A stretch of 64,000 nt of DNA, from assembly GCF_964194025.1 (NCBI RefSeq), contig NC_134478.1:21204001-21268000 (forward strand). The letters are read 5' to 3'. Below the pieces are notes generated by a model. That model did not search any database. It was not told the origin of the DNA and saw nothing but the letters and a program-made list of their open reading frames with translations. Position 1 is the stretch's first letter; each line of letters starts with the position of its first letter. Source of the DNA: Convolutriloba macropyga. Its lineage: Eukaryota. The translations under genes and the position numbers were made by a program. Shown one piece after another: positions 12,024 through 25,083 of this stretch.

Positions 12024-14059
12024 GTAATATTTTCATTAAAGATGTCCGAGAACCGTATGCATCGTCATGCGGAGTCCCAACTCAAACATTTTTTAAAAAA
12101 ACAAGAAACAATTTATTCGCCCTGTTATGAGTCAGTCGCTGTTATTATTAAATCAGATTTTAAGCTTCGCTAAACAATATATCTTGGATTTCTGTGCAAC
12201 AGACAAAAATATCCACTGATTTCGCGAAGTCTGTTGACTATTGTGCATTTAAAATCAAGGTTCAGAGTCCGAGCAAAGCTCCAATAAAGTTATTTACAAA
12301 AAATTATATATTCTTTTCATACTAACAGCAGGTTCACTGCATGACCATAATAACTTTGCCTCAAGCGTTACAAGATCATTACAAAAATAGGATTTTCGAA
12401 TTACAGGACTGGGTTTTAATCCTAACGCTTTGATAGTACGAAAAACTGCACAATTACAGTTGAGTCACTTCTTTCAAGATATACAGAGGCTAGTTATATG
12501 GCATGATGTATTGAATTCGTTGTCTCGTCATCGCAGCAATAACTATAGGCCACTAACACCAGCGGAGCTCAATTCAGCGCAAGAAAAAAATCCGGAGCGT
12601 ATATAACTTTTAGTTTATGGAGCCAAAAACGGACTTCTTGATATTTACGATCAACTCCAGCGTAGTACTCTAGTTACCATCCATTTAGTGAAAGACATTG
12701 TAACTAACTGTAAACAGAAAGACCCTGGTTAAATAACAGAAAGCAGGGCATTACTTCTGACCGTCGTCGGCAAACGCTTCGTACCAGTCGTGCGTTCGAA
12801 GACGCGCAACTAACAGAAAGCTTTGATAACTGATTATCTCCAAGTTTTGCCTGACTGATGGAGTCCAACCGTTAACTGGCATTGTGAATAAGTCAACTCA
12901 GACGTTACGGGTTAGTTTGTGGTTAGTTCTCCTCAGTAACGTTTTACTAAATGTTTTTCTGTCCCCATTTATTGAGTAACAAAAGCTCGTCCGCTTTTTC
13001 GGAAGGTCTTCTGGTTTCAATTTTTTCATTTTCATTTTTTTGCTTCAATTTTGTTTTGTCTCCCTTCTTTTCACGTTTATCCGATGTTTGACAGTAATTG
13101 AGTTTCGCTGTAGTTCAATTTAGGTTTCTAGTAGTATGCTTATTTTCGTTCCGGACTCTGGTTTGTTTTTCGATTTCAACCCGAATGTTTTGATGGTTTC
13201 TTGTTTTTGCTTGTTTAATTTTGCTTGCATGCTCTTTAGTTTTCTGAGTATGCTTGTTGGCAAGGGTTTCACTTAAGCTTACCTTGGAGGGAGGGCTAGT
13301 GAACGTTTCTACTTTTTTCGGCTCTTTGGTATACTACTGCTCTGCCGTAATTTTATTGTTGGCATAATAAGCCCCATAAAGATCTGTGCTAGTTTATTTT
13401 GCAGTAGCTTCTTTCATCTTTTATAGGGTGCCACGTAAGTTTGTTCTGAAGTTGCCGCCAATTTCTTTGCTTGAGTTTGTGGCTGTAGCCTGCAAGCAAA
13501 TTTCTTTTCACCTCTTTGTTCGTTGCTTTCCTGTTTCTCGCCTGTTCGTTCCCCTCTTCTTGTATTGCAACGCACTGCACGCTTGAAGTTTCCGTTTCGT
13601 TCGCTAGTATTTCCGTTTCCTCGTTGGTTGATCGCTCAAATTTTTTGTCCCGCCCGTCTCGTTTTCTTGCAGCCATGTTTGCCGTTTGGCTGACATTTTC
13701 ACTCCGTCTGTCCCGCTGCTCGTCTCGTCGTGAGTTGTTTGTCTGGCGTTTCTGTCTTTTCCTTGGTTATTCCCGTTGTATTTTACGTACCTCGCTGTAT
13801 TATTTTGTCCCACGGGCGTTTCCCGTTCCGTTGCACATCGCGCGTCTTTGCGCTTTCAGCTTTCCTCTTTCCTTTGTCGGCTACTTCATTACTCGACAAA
13901 CACTGAGCTCCTTGGCGCTTTGCTTGGCAAACCGTGCTCCTAGGGTTTCGTTTAATTCATTTCTGTTTGTGCTCTCATTTCATAGAAGTAAAATAATCTT
14001 TTGGTTCCTGTTTTTCAAATTCATGTCTAACCCACAAAAACGATTTAACACGTTGCATG

Positions 14060-17000
14060 TGCAGGAACAAAATTAGAGGCTGAACAAGGTAATTTGAATA
14101 AAGAATTTGACAATGCCATATCCTGACAGGATAGGCGTGTCAAGGTGAAACGCATCGTTAAAAAGTGTTACGATGATTTGATGAAACTCATAGAGAAAGA
14201 AATGAGGAGCTCTTTGAACTCGCAGAGAAACCAATAGACCTACACGTCTGAAACTTCATTACTGGCTTAGTAATGTGACTAGCAATAATGAAAATTTTCT
14301 TATTACTTTTAGAGAAAACATTATTACTGATGAGCACAGATAAAACAGGAGTACAGCAGAACTCGTCGTCACTCATTGTCAAATCAGCGCCTTAAATATT
14401 CTTAAATACCCAGTCAGCGCAAAAACGATTTTATTTTGGCAAGAATAAGAAAAATCAGAAACAACGAAGCAAAATGAATCTGAACTCTTCATTGTAAAAA
14501 TTCGTCAAGCACTCGAATTGCAAATTAATTAAATAGAAATCTTAGGAAACTCATCATAGGAGCGTGGTTGAAGTAACTTCCACTGAACTCAAACTGACGG
14601 AGAGGTCCTCAGTTGGCAGTGGTCATACTAAGGAAGTGTATGGTCTATTTACCGAAAAATTTCAATTATTATAAATAACAAATTTTAATATTGGGTTAAT
14701 AACTCTTCGGTAAGTTCTGCTTAGTACGAACAATTGACAGATAACGTCAAAAACCTTGGTGAAATTCAAATTAATTTGCAGTATATCTTGCCCCGTAGCT
14801 GCGTTATCAACTGCCAAAAAACAAACTATTTACCAAGCTTTTCTGCAAGCACTGCTGCAACAAAATTAGAGGCTGAACAAGGTAATTTGAATAAAGATTT
14901 TGACAATGCCATATCTTGACAGGGTAGATTAGAGGCTATTAAATACACGACGCGGTAATAGTGATGGCAACCAGAATGACAAAAAATGAGCTTTACTTTC
15001 CATTTTCACGAGCCACGCCTCAATTGCAATCACCATAACAAACTAAAGCATGAAACGACATTTTCACATCATTAAAAGTCCGTCTACCAAGCTGCACTAA
15101 ATTTGGTAGGCATGCACCTAGCAAGTCAAAATACAGAGCACAGGTTTTGTATTATGGATATTTTAAACAATACCAACTCACAGCCTTTTCTGCTTTTATG
15201 TTTTCCAGTTAGATTTCTTTAAACGCCAAAGACAAAAAGGGCCTCCACAGATAGACTCCATCAAACCTATGCAGCCGCACGCATCTAATCATTGATCCCA
15301 CAGATGATGCATAGCAACTTAGCCGCAGCACCTGATGCATAAAACCTGCCAGCCACACTACCTCCCGCATTAAATCCACGGATAGCAACGCAACCCCTAC
15401 TATAAGTTATCCCAAACTATAGCGAATCGCACAATCCTCAATTACAGTAGCCGTGCAAACTATTCCCACATTATTCCCAAAATAATCGCACCATTGAATG
15501 AGCAGAAACCTCTCCAACGTCTTGTCCAACGTCTCCAACCCATGACGCTATCCTTTTGACGGATCCAAACAATTGGCGCTTTCCAGCCATAGTTCCATCT
15601 GATGCATTCCCGCTTCTCAATTTAAATAGTGTACCACCAGTCCAGTTATATGAACCTCATGTCCACTCACGTACAAGCATCAGCAACTTCTCAAACTCAG
15701 GTATCATCGGAAGCCATGAAGACAATACCCTTTATTAATTCTTTTCCGAACCTCTTGTTTTGGTATAGCCCACCTCACTACCACGTAGCTTGTTTTTAGG
15801 ACTCCGTAGATTTGATAAAGCAACTGCCAGGACGCAATAACCACTTAGACCCATTTCCTGACTAATGATGCCAAGTTATCTTAATTAAAAACTTTTGTAA
15901 CTGTACAAGCAAGGACCCTCACCGCTGAGTACGCATACTGTCGTATTTTATAAAGTAAGCCCTAAAACACTTGAACTTAAATTTACCCAGCTGTAGGCAG
16001 TTGTCAGGGCAATTTTTGTCGAATTCATCAAATTTTTGTCAAATTTAGTTTTCCACCAATTAATACGCACAACAGTATAACAATAGATAACCCATAAAGT
16101 GTTCTGCGACCTTCTAAAGTGTTGTTGGGGTACTTAGGTCACTTTCTTACAACGCTGCTACAGAAAGCGCCTAACTGCTTAACATGGCAGATAAAAAACT
16201 GTCATACAATATGAAATCGTCTTGTCTTGTTCACTCTTCGCTGTTCAAAAGCAATTTCCAAAATCGATACTCATCAATTTCACTGAATCGTTGGAGCAAG
16301 AGGTTGAGGGCACATAATTTGATGGAAAAAAAAACATTAGAAAATAACAAAAACTGAGGATCACACCGAATCAGCAGTCAAGACGGAACTCGCTACAAAG
16401 ACATTTGCTGCTAACTTGCAAACTAAGCACCTCGAGGGACCTGAACCAACATCGGCAACCTCTCTGCCCCTAGCTGCATTGTGTGTAATGGTAATGACCC
16501 CATTTGGCAGTGTCGGGTGCTTGAAGAAAAGACTCCCACTAAGCGGGCTAATGTATTGTCAAGATATAGCTCAGTTTTTTATGTTTAAGTGATAAAAAAA
16601 GTTCAAGCACTACTCCAAACCAAGAAAATGCCAGACGGATGATAGCCTGTTCATCTAAACATTAACAATTAGCATTAACAGCGCAAACAATTTATATACG
16701 TCGAAGTAAACTATCAACTGGGCATTTATCAAGTAGGACCACTACTAAGCAACCTGTTAGTAATGAGAAAAGACTCCTCCAGGTGACGAAACTAAATTGA
16801 TCAAATCTTGTGTTACAGCTACCACGTCTTAATTTTAGTGCCATACCGCCTGCGGTAACTCTTGGAGGCCAGTAATCATGCAGATAGATTTGGATTGCGA
16901 GAAAAAACACTAAGGTTAACAGTGAGGTGTATAAACGCCAAGAAAAGTGTAGCCACCTAAACTTTTCAACTGATTGTAACACCTAACGGATATCAATACT

Positions 17001-20000
17001 GCTAAGCATTCAAACTGAGTGAATGTGTAAAAAATTTTAATTTGTTTACAGAGAAAGAAAAAATGACGTTAAAGCACATCAATAATAGTACCATCACTTA
17101 GCGGTTCTAGATCCTATATCACAAAGCTCTGGCAACATTAAGTTGATTCCTATACCGGATGTGCATCACGTCATCCGCTCGTTAGGTTCTTTTGCAGCCG
17201 GCAAGAATTGCTTACCATTTGTTGTCGCTTGCCCATGGGTTCGGTTTTGACCGGTCCGTTGATCGATTTGTTGCAAAGCTAATATGCAGGAGGATTTCGA
17301 ATTGGCTAGTCTGGCAAAGTGTTGGTATGACACAGTACACTTAGGCAAATTGACCCCCAAACCGCCTCGGATGCAGTTGTACATCAGATTTTTGAGAAAA
17401 CCACATGCATGATGGAAAGTGATATGATGTAGGAAAGCTGTGGCCTGAAGATATCATCCAACTGCCCAAGAGTTACTCCTAATCGCTGGTCCAATTAAAA
17501 GAGGACTTAGATAGTGTTTATGCTGTAATGATTCTCATTGTCCACAAGGTGTAGAGGCGCTGAGAGTGTGAATGGTACCTATCGCACCACCCGGTTATAA
17601 ATTTGAGTAAACAAGGGAACAATCGTAGGGTGCTCACTGAAGATGCTTATTTTCATGGTCTATTCTAAAACAAAGTTATACTTACTGCCCCAGATGTACT
17701 ACAGAACCTCCTTTATGTACTCGTAAGGTTTAGACAACAGGATGTAAGGAGAACAAGAAGGATCTAACAAGAAACATTGCGATGCATCAAAACGTGGGCC
17801 ATATATTCGGGGCTAAGTCGCCCACTTGGGCGCACTACCTACTACATCACACTGCACGTCATAATATTAACAATGACAAGGAAGCAGTAAAAGCCGTCCA
17901 TGGGTACTTCTTCATGGAGGATTACTCAGAGTAATTAGACTCCCCCGAGAAAGCGCTCAACCAGTGGAGAGAATTGATGCAATTCCTTTCTCTAGGTGGG
18001 CTTAGGCAAAAAAAGTTTGTAAACAATGTGACAGATCTGGTTCGCCGAACTGACGGCGTCTCCCAATCCACTGAATTGAAAATCATCATTTCCAGTACAG
18101 AAGAGTGCTCACAGGTGCTCGGTCTTGTGTGGGATCAAAAAACAACACTGTGGTTGTAACCTGGGCCACCAGTGGGACCATCGCAAGTAGTTTAACGCAA
18201 CGCCTGGTATTAGGCCTTTTTTCCATCCTAATGTTCTTGTAGCACAATTCACCCAGAGTACACGTTTCACGTTTAATGATCCAGACTTTTGGTGTGTCAG
18301 TTGAAACAATTGGGATCAAGAGTTATCAAAGGCTCAATTGTTAGGTTTCTGACCTGGTGCGTTGATCCTGCACAGCTGACCGCAAACAAGATGACAGGAA
18401 GCCGCTTGTCATGACCGTCCCATAACCTGGAACTTAGCATATTTGCTGATAGCTCCAAGACGTGTTTAGCTTCGTAACATTTTTAGGGCCCCAATTTATT
18501 TCTCCTTCCGGTGACATTGGAACAAAGCTGGCATTCGTCTGGGTAAATTGCGCGTTGCACCTATGAAGACAATGACTGTTTCATAAAGACAAGCTGCTCT
18601 TGTCGCTGCACAATTATTAGGGAAAACAATCAAACATTGACAGTTTCTGTTGATGGAGCATTCATGAGGTCAGACAGTACATCTGTTTTGCATTGTATAC
18701 ATCGGATACGTAGAACTCAAACAACAAGCACCCAATCGTCATTGCAAACCGATTGACTGAAATCTTGAAAACAAATTTTGATCAATGGAATCACACTTGA
18801 AATATCCGCTGAGGTTTGACAATCAAGTAGCTGGGTGAAGGAGCCTGACTTCTTAAAAACTAATTACTCGCCTTTCTAGACAAACAATGACGTCTTAAAA
18901 AAGATTCAAGCACGGAGAAGTACAAGGAGCCAGATGATAGGAGTATAAAAACATGTCATCGCTTCCTGCATCAGCAACCAAGCGCGTTGAGAAACCAAGT
19001 AAAATTCTCATCTCGATTGATATTTTAGCTCATGTCAAAAACTCCTCCGTATAACATCCTTTAAGCTCCCTCTCTTACAATCACACAATTGTTATCGAAA
19101 CATTGACGACAGCATGGCCAATTTTAATGAACTTGACGACGCCCAGCAGAATCTCCAGTATTTTTTCAAGAAGGGTAGCAGAATCTCTTAGTTCCGTAAG
19201 AAAGGGCATTTTTGATAACAAATACGTAAAGAAGAGGAGCCGAATTGATCAGTTTGTAGAGTTTTTTATCCTTATTAATTTATCCGTTCTTGTGCTTGAC
19301 TTTGAGAGCAAGAAGAAACTAATTAAACACTAGCATCATATCCTGCCCGATCCGCCTCATACTTTTGTTAAACTGCTTCTGATCACGTGAAACATCACCA
19401 TTAACGAATTAAATATTTGCTTGGTAAGTAAAGGAACCTTATGTTGTCGTCAAATTACGTTCTTCACTGTCTTCTTTTGAATCGGACTCTGTTTTAAGCA
19501 GAAAGTTCCGCGCAACAACCATTCCATTCATTATGGCTGAACCTTTTAAGGAGAGAATTTCCTACAGTTCTCCTTCCCTTTATCAAAACCGAGATCAATT
19601 AATTTGGCCCACTTAACGTCTCCGTTTGTCGAACTATCGAGAAGAGGTTGAAGTCACCGTTTGTATTGACACTAGTTCCTGTCTAATGGGAGTGGAGTGG
19701 CTTATTTACCGATATATTCCGGCTGCAATCTGATCATATACAGTGGGGCCATAATCAGTGCCGAAAAAAGCTTCGTCATTGCATTGGAAATTGGAAACCA
19801 ATGGACATTGCTACAAAGCTAGCGCAAAAAGGCATTGAGTGGCGGTTTAATCCGTCCAGTGCATTAGACCACGGCAGCATCTGGGAGTGGTTGTTCCGTT
19901 GTTTTATCCCGTTGTTTTTTATGTAGAAATGAGTTTATACCAAACACGGCACGCATCACCTCGACAATGAGATTTTGATCAACATTTTTTGTCTTGTTAA

Positions 20001-20345
20001 ACACGCACTAAATTCATGTCCGTTAACGCCCTAAGTGACCGACCTGGGCACAATTACACCTAATCGTTTTCAATTCGATAACGGTTATCCAGCACTCCTT
20101 TTATCGTTGACGTTGACGCGTTTGATCAACGTAAGCGGTACACTCTCGGGCAGACAAATGTTTGTGCAAATTGGTTGCAATGCCTCAAAGAGTGTGTACC
20201 TAATCGATATCGTAGATCTAAGTGGCACACAATTCTCGAGCAACACCTAAGGATCGTTGATTTAGCTGGGAAAGTTTAAGAAAGTAGCCCTAATCGATAC
20301 CATTCTACTCTTTGTGTTGAAAAACTCCCATACGGCTCCGAGAAT
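14060..20345 (+). mobile_element. Degenerate BEL/Pao LTR retrotransposon (gag-pol remnant) inside the protease intron
   Basis: Frameshifted, stop-ridden motifs in canonical BEL order: gag AKLS*LKTFVT (~15870), zinc knuckle CIVC..IWQC (~16475), YDVGKLW..LP (~17425), RT WYLSHHPVIN (17573), LTAPDVLQNL..RFRQ (~17680), HIFGAKS (17800), FMEDY (~17910), VLGLVWD (~18115), RNase H IFADSS (~18440) and RVAPMK (~18552), integrase WRFNPSSA..HGSIWE (~19840) and LNSCPLTP (~20008). LTRs not identified; boundaries approximate. Confidence 0.9.
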
Positions 20346-20673
20346 TGTTTCTAATGAACGTACAACGATCGGAAAAAATATGTTTAACATAATTTTGAGT
20401 AATTCTTATCTTAAAATAGGATACAACTTGGTTCTATGACTTTCGGATTTTGGATTCATTGGTACAATATGGTGACCGGTTTTGAATTGATTATTGACCA
20501 GACAAAACACCGGCCAGAAGAGCATCAAGAACTGCCATCTAAAAAAACACTTGTTGGTCCTTAAAACCTTGTTTATTGTTCTTTTTGCTGACAATTATAT
20601 AATGTTGAATACGAATTGCTGAGGAAAAGAAAATGGTCACGGTTGAGTATTTTCACCTACATTTTGGTAGTCT

Positions 20674-21257
20674 CTTATATAAAATATGTGCAAATGTTTT
20701 CATCGTATCTCTCTTTACCTTGTCCTACTTTGCACTTTGTCAGTGTTCCATTTCTTGTGAAACAAGCCCAGTAACTAACTTTGTTAAATTTTTGAATTGT
20801 ATTTTCTTTTTGGCGGATTTCTTTTTTCCATGCTTCGTTCCACTTAGAAAAAAAGTGCGTACGAAAAAAAAACAAAAAACTATTGACGTCCAAGACGTTT
20901 TCTTGTGAATATAGGAACCTCACAATCAAGACACTCATAAACTGTTTCACAGAAGAACACTACAATTGCAGTGTTCCTCTGGGAATCTGTTTGTGAGTGA
21001 CTTAATTGTGCGATTGCTTTGTTCATAAGCAAGCAGTCTCGGACGTCAATAGTTTTTTTTTCGTACGCACATTTTGTCCAAGTGGAATAAAGCATGGAAA
21101 ATAGAAATCCGCAGAAAAAAAAAGAAATTCAAATCAAAAATTTTACAAATTTAGTTACTGAGCTTGTTTCACAAGAAACGGAACACTGGCATGGTGAAAA
21201 GTAGGACAAGGTAGACAGAGATACAAGGAAAACCACTGCGGTTTTGTATATAATAAG
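20674..21257. mobile_element. Foldback palindromic MITE-like element (~290-bp arms, no spacer)
   Basis: Arms are imperfect reverse complements centred on CAATTG at 20963-20968 (e.g. TTCTTGTGAAACAAGC / GCTTGTTTCACAAGAA; GTGCGTACGAAAA / TTTTCGTACGCAC). Confidence 0.85.
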
Positions 21258-21497
21258 CTTTCTTCGTCAAAGGGTCTTGAACTTGGATCCGTTTGGGAAG
21301 ATAATGCCAGAGCTCTGCCTCTTGTCCCAATGCTTGGATAATTTTTTCTCATTTCTATGGGATGGTCCCGAGTTCGTTTGAAAATGCTTGTATCGCCAGA
21401 TTATGAGTTTACGTTTACAGTGAAAAAGACGCTGTCGGGAACTGCAACTTAATTTCATTTGCTATCATCTTTATCGTCTCACCTTTGCTCCAGGCTC

Positions 21498-21840
21498 AAT
21501 ATAATAATAATTGTGGTTTCCGCGTAATCGCAGCGGAACAGCATTAGGCCTACAGTAGCCTGTTTTCAGCTGCCCTTTTTCTTATTATTCCCCACATTTC
21601 AGACTGATCTTTTTATGAGCAGCGTTGCTCTTTTTTTGGTGACTTTAGCCACTTTTTTTGCGTCTGAAACGTTCACGTGGTACCATCATTGCAGCCAACA
21701 TTGGTCAGTCTGTTGTCAACCCGAAGCTATGGCTAAGTAAGAGCTCATCCTCACACAGACAACTTCACGGAGGCAGGGGATTGAACTAACGATCATTGGA
21801 GTGTCAACCACAGACCTTACCTCTCGGCTATCACGCCACT
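21498..21840 (-). mobile_element. tRNA-derived SINE
   Basis: Minus-strand head has an A-box TAGCCGAGAGG (21830-21820) and B-box GTTCAATCCC (21786-21777); (ATT)n tail at 21512-21498; a related 3' fragment lies at ~44950-45010. Confidence 0.7.
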
Positions 21841-22218
21841 GCTCTCGGATATCATAACACATCTTGTGTAGTTTTTAAGCAAAATTTATAAGCAATGTAG
21901 GAGTGGGTCCAGGGTGGGCCCGGGCATTCAGGGTGGGCCCGGGTAAAGCTGCCTTGGCTTAATTTTTAGCTGCTCACAAAGTATTCGTATAGTTTGTGTA
22001 GTAATTAATAGTGTCAATACAAGTTACTGTTTTCAGTTTTGTGAGAGCACTTATGTTGCAGCATATAGGGGGGGGGGGGGGGGTTCAAAGTAGTAAGTTC
22101 TAAGCTTGAAGCAATTTAGCTCAACTATCTCACGTGAATTGTAAACTCCGCAAGGGGTAAATGGACCCCCACAATAGACAGGGACAGACCAATGAGAATC
22201 TGGTGATTTATATTCTAG

Positions 22219-22445
22219 AGGACGGTTCTGGTGGAGAATTGACTCTTTTCATATTGGGCTTGGCTGACGACGTACGAGGAAGCACGCCTCTATATGGCAC
22301 TGACTACTCTTATGATCCCCCAAGGCTTCAAAGACAGGGTAGCAACTGCAGCATTACAGAGGAATTTGGTCGCAAGAGTAGGGAAGAGACACATAAAGAA
22401 CGAAGAACGACTAAGTTTAACGTTTCTCGCAATAAAAAAATATAG
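22219..22445 (+). CDS. Exon 2 (terminal) of the metacaspase-like protease
   Basis: Acceptor tattctag| at 22217-22218; the phase-1 join G+AG=Glu gives ...EQAYDA-EDGSGGELTLFILG, completing the conserved 'sA...E.A.d....GG.fT..l' p10 motif. Total CDS 840 nt = 279 aa; AATAAA at 22584. Confidence 0.75.
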
Positions 22446-24228
22446 TGTAAATTGACTGCATGTGATCAAATTCTAATAATGTACAAAAGTGTCAAGGGAA
22501 CTGTATCTGCTTTATCTAGCTCTGATTTATATACTAACAGTCTTATTGTCCGCATATTAATTGTAAATAGCAAGCAAATTTGAAATAAATTAAAAGTTAA
22601 CAAAACATAAATGGAAGTCATTGAGGATTTTTTACAAGTATCAAGTTTTTAAATGCAATTTAGTCATGCTTGGGTCATGCTTGTGTTGTGTGTGTGTTCG
22701 TGGGACTACATCAGACAACATATTTTCAATAATTAACCACAAATTCTAAAATGTTTTAAAAACGGGAACGGGAATCAAAACGAAATTGAAGCGTGTCGAA
22801 GGTGTTGTTATAATGGTGTTGAAACAACTAATAGAAAACTGGGTTGATCATTCTTGATTACCATTACTAGGACCAAATTTGGTAAACCAGCCAATCTCAA
22901 CAAAATTTCGTGCAGCATAGTTTCTATGAAGTCACGCACAATCTTGGGTACGATTTCAGAACTCCACATTTAAGATGAATAGGTATTATATCTGAGATAA
23001 AGGAAAAAAGTTCTTGCGCTGTTGGTTCGTTTGTTCTACAGAAGAGGTACCATGGCATTAGTTTTGAGGACTGACTGAACAAATAACTAATACAAAGCGG
23101 TCGCTGATCGGCGTTACTTAAAACTCTGGGAACTTGGATATGTTATGAAAGAAGAGAACTATAGTTTCAACTTCCAACGGTCCAAACTCATTGAAATCAT
23201 ATCATCGATTTAATTAACAAAACAATTGACACACAGAAACACAGTGACGCAGAGAATCAGTTATCACTCAGTGCCAGGAACCTGATGTCCCACAAAACAA
23301 TCAAAAGCCAAGGGAGCATATTGAAACCCAAACGGAGTTAAGGAGGTTCTGCTCGAACATTCTGCAGCTGGAAAAACTTGGTAAATCCACAAAAATGCTG
23401 GTTTAGAAAGGACATTTTATTGTTGCGTCCAGAGCTACCAGCTGAGTAGGCTGAAGTCTTATTTTGAAGTAATTTCGAGCAGCATAATCTTCTGCCAGCT
23501 TTCCGATTGCCGGCGGTTGCGCATTCTGAGAGGATCTTGTTCCTTGCACGATTCCGGCAGGCTAGCATATCCATCCGACCATGGCCAGCTGTGGGGGGGG
23601 GTCACAAAGGATGTCTAATATACCAAACTTGGAAAAAACTCACATCAATTGTTCCTCATGAGTCATTTTTTGCTCTGATAAATATAGAGGTACAGTTCTC
23701 AAATCAGACGAGCCACCAGGCTTATGACTAAGGTTTTGCCATTTTGTTCTTCAACTAAACTTCAGATTATGAAAAATAAAACCTCCAGCTTTTACAGCTT
23801 TTATTTAAATTATAAATTTTCCAGCTTTTACTTACTAATGAGATCAATTGATTCCAAGTTGCAACATGCACTGCATTATATAGAGCATTTCCGTCCGAAT
23901 TGAAACCTTGCGCGAAATTTTGTGACTTTCAAAATCAAAACAGTAGGGTTTTTATAATTAAAATTATGTTGCTTGAATTGGCTTCTCAATAATCAATTGT
24001 TTGTTTTTAAGATGAGGTTGAAGATGCTTTTTTGCTCTCTTTTGTTCGCTGTACGAGCTGTAAGAACTTAGCGGGGGCGCTCTCGCTGACGGAAACCCAT
24101 TTGTTTGATGTCTAATGATTTTTCTTGATAAATCTTTAAAAATTTTACTTAATCCTAAGACATTGCACTATATTTTTCTAAAGGTGCTTTTTATTTTGTA
24201 CAACTTCGTATGCCTTTTCTTGTCGTGG

Positions 24229-25083
24229 CCCTTGTTGGGAAGGTTGAACAAAAACGAAAAAAATATGTAAGAAATCTTGGGTATCTTCAGTTCAAACGTA
24301 AGAAAGCTTCGGTATGTTTGGGTTCGTCGGTTTCGAAATTAAGAAAGATTCGGTATGTTCGATTTTAGAAGATTCAGTAGGTTCGGTATTTAAATGTAAG
24401 AGATCGTCGGTATGTTTGGTTTCAGGCGTAAGAAATTGTCGGTTTTTTCCATTGGAAAATTGCTGTATATAATATAGTCAAACGTTATGATACGGGTTTT
24501 TTGGAGGAATTTCAAGCGTTCTTCTTAGAAAAAACTCTGAAAGAATATGAAAACTCCATGAAAATTCCTTTTAGCTAATTCTCAAAAATTTGAAAGAGAA
24601 TACAATTCTTGGTTAATTTTGAATTCAAAAATGCAACAGACTTGTTGAACATTGATAAGAATTCTGTTGATTAATTCGCATTCACTGGATTTTGACATAC
24701 TTTCTTGTAAGTTTGCAAGCAAAGTTTTTGACGGTTGGCTGCGGTTCAAACCGCCCAGTGCCAATCGTTTTCATTGTTGGTTCCCCTGGACTACTCTGTT
24801 TTTCAGACCCGGAGTTTGAAAATCCTGGTGTATCTCCTACCGAAATTCTTACCGAGTATCTTTTCAGTTTTTCAGTTTAAAAACGACAAAACCGAACCAC
24901 TCTTAAGTTTCAAAACGGCAATACCGAATCTTTCTTATGTTAAATACCAAAGAATAACGACGATAACGAGGAAAAAATCATAGGAAAATTCATCGTTTTT
25001 GGCTAGAAAAAAAACGACACTACCGACGATTTCTTATGTTTAAAAAACGAAAATTTCTATATGAAATTATTCCAACGCAGGGC
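24229..25083. mobile_element. Degenerate MITE with inverted arrays of TTCGGTATG / ATACCGAA subrepeats
   Basis: Left arm (24290-24450) and right arm (24830-25050) carry reverse-complementary short repeats; degenerate CCC...GGG termini (CCCTTGTTGG / CCAACGCAGGG). Confidence 0.55.

Noticed and set aside
12024-12130. C-terminal 35 aa of the 239-aa ORF as a real protein end
   Set aside because: Follows a GT donor, is AT-rich, and lacks the GGxxT motif supplied by the exon at 22219.
13516-14076. 186-aa ORF
   Set aside because: F/S/L/R-rich product of a pyrimidine-skewed tract, with a non-ATG start and no recognisable motif.
23338-23731. GC-richer island with ORFs on both strands
   Set aside because: No recognisable motif or convincing splice-site pair; could be a TE fragment.
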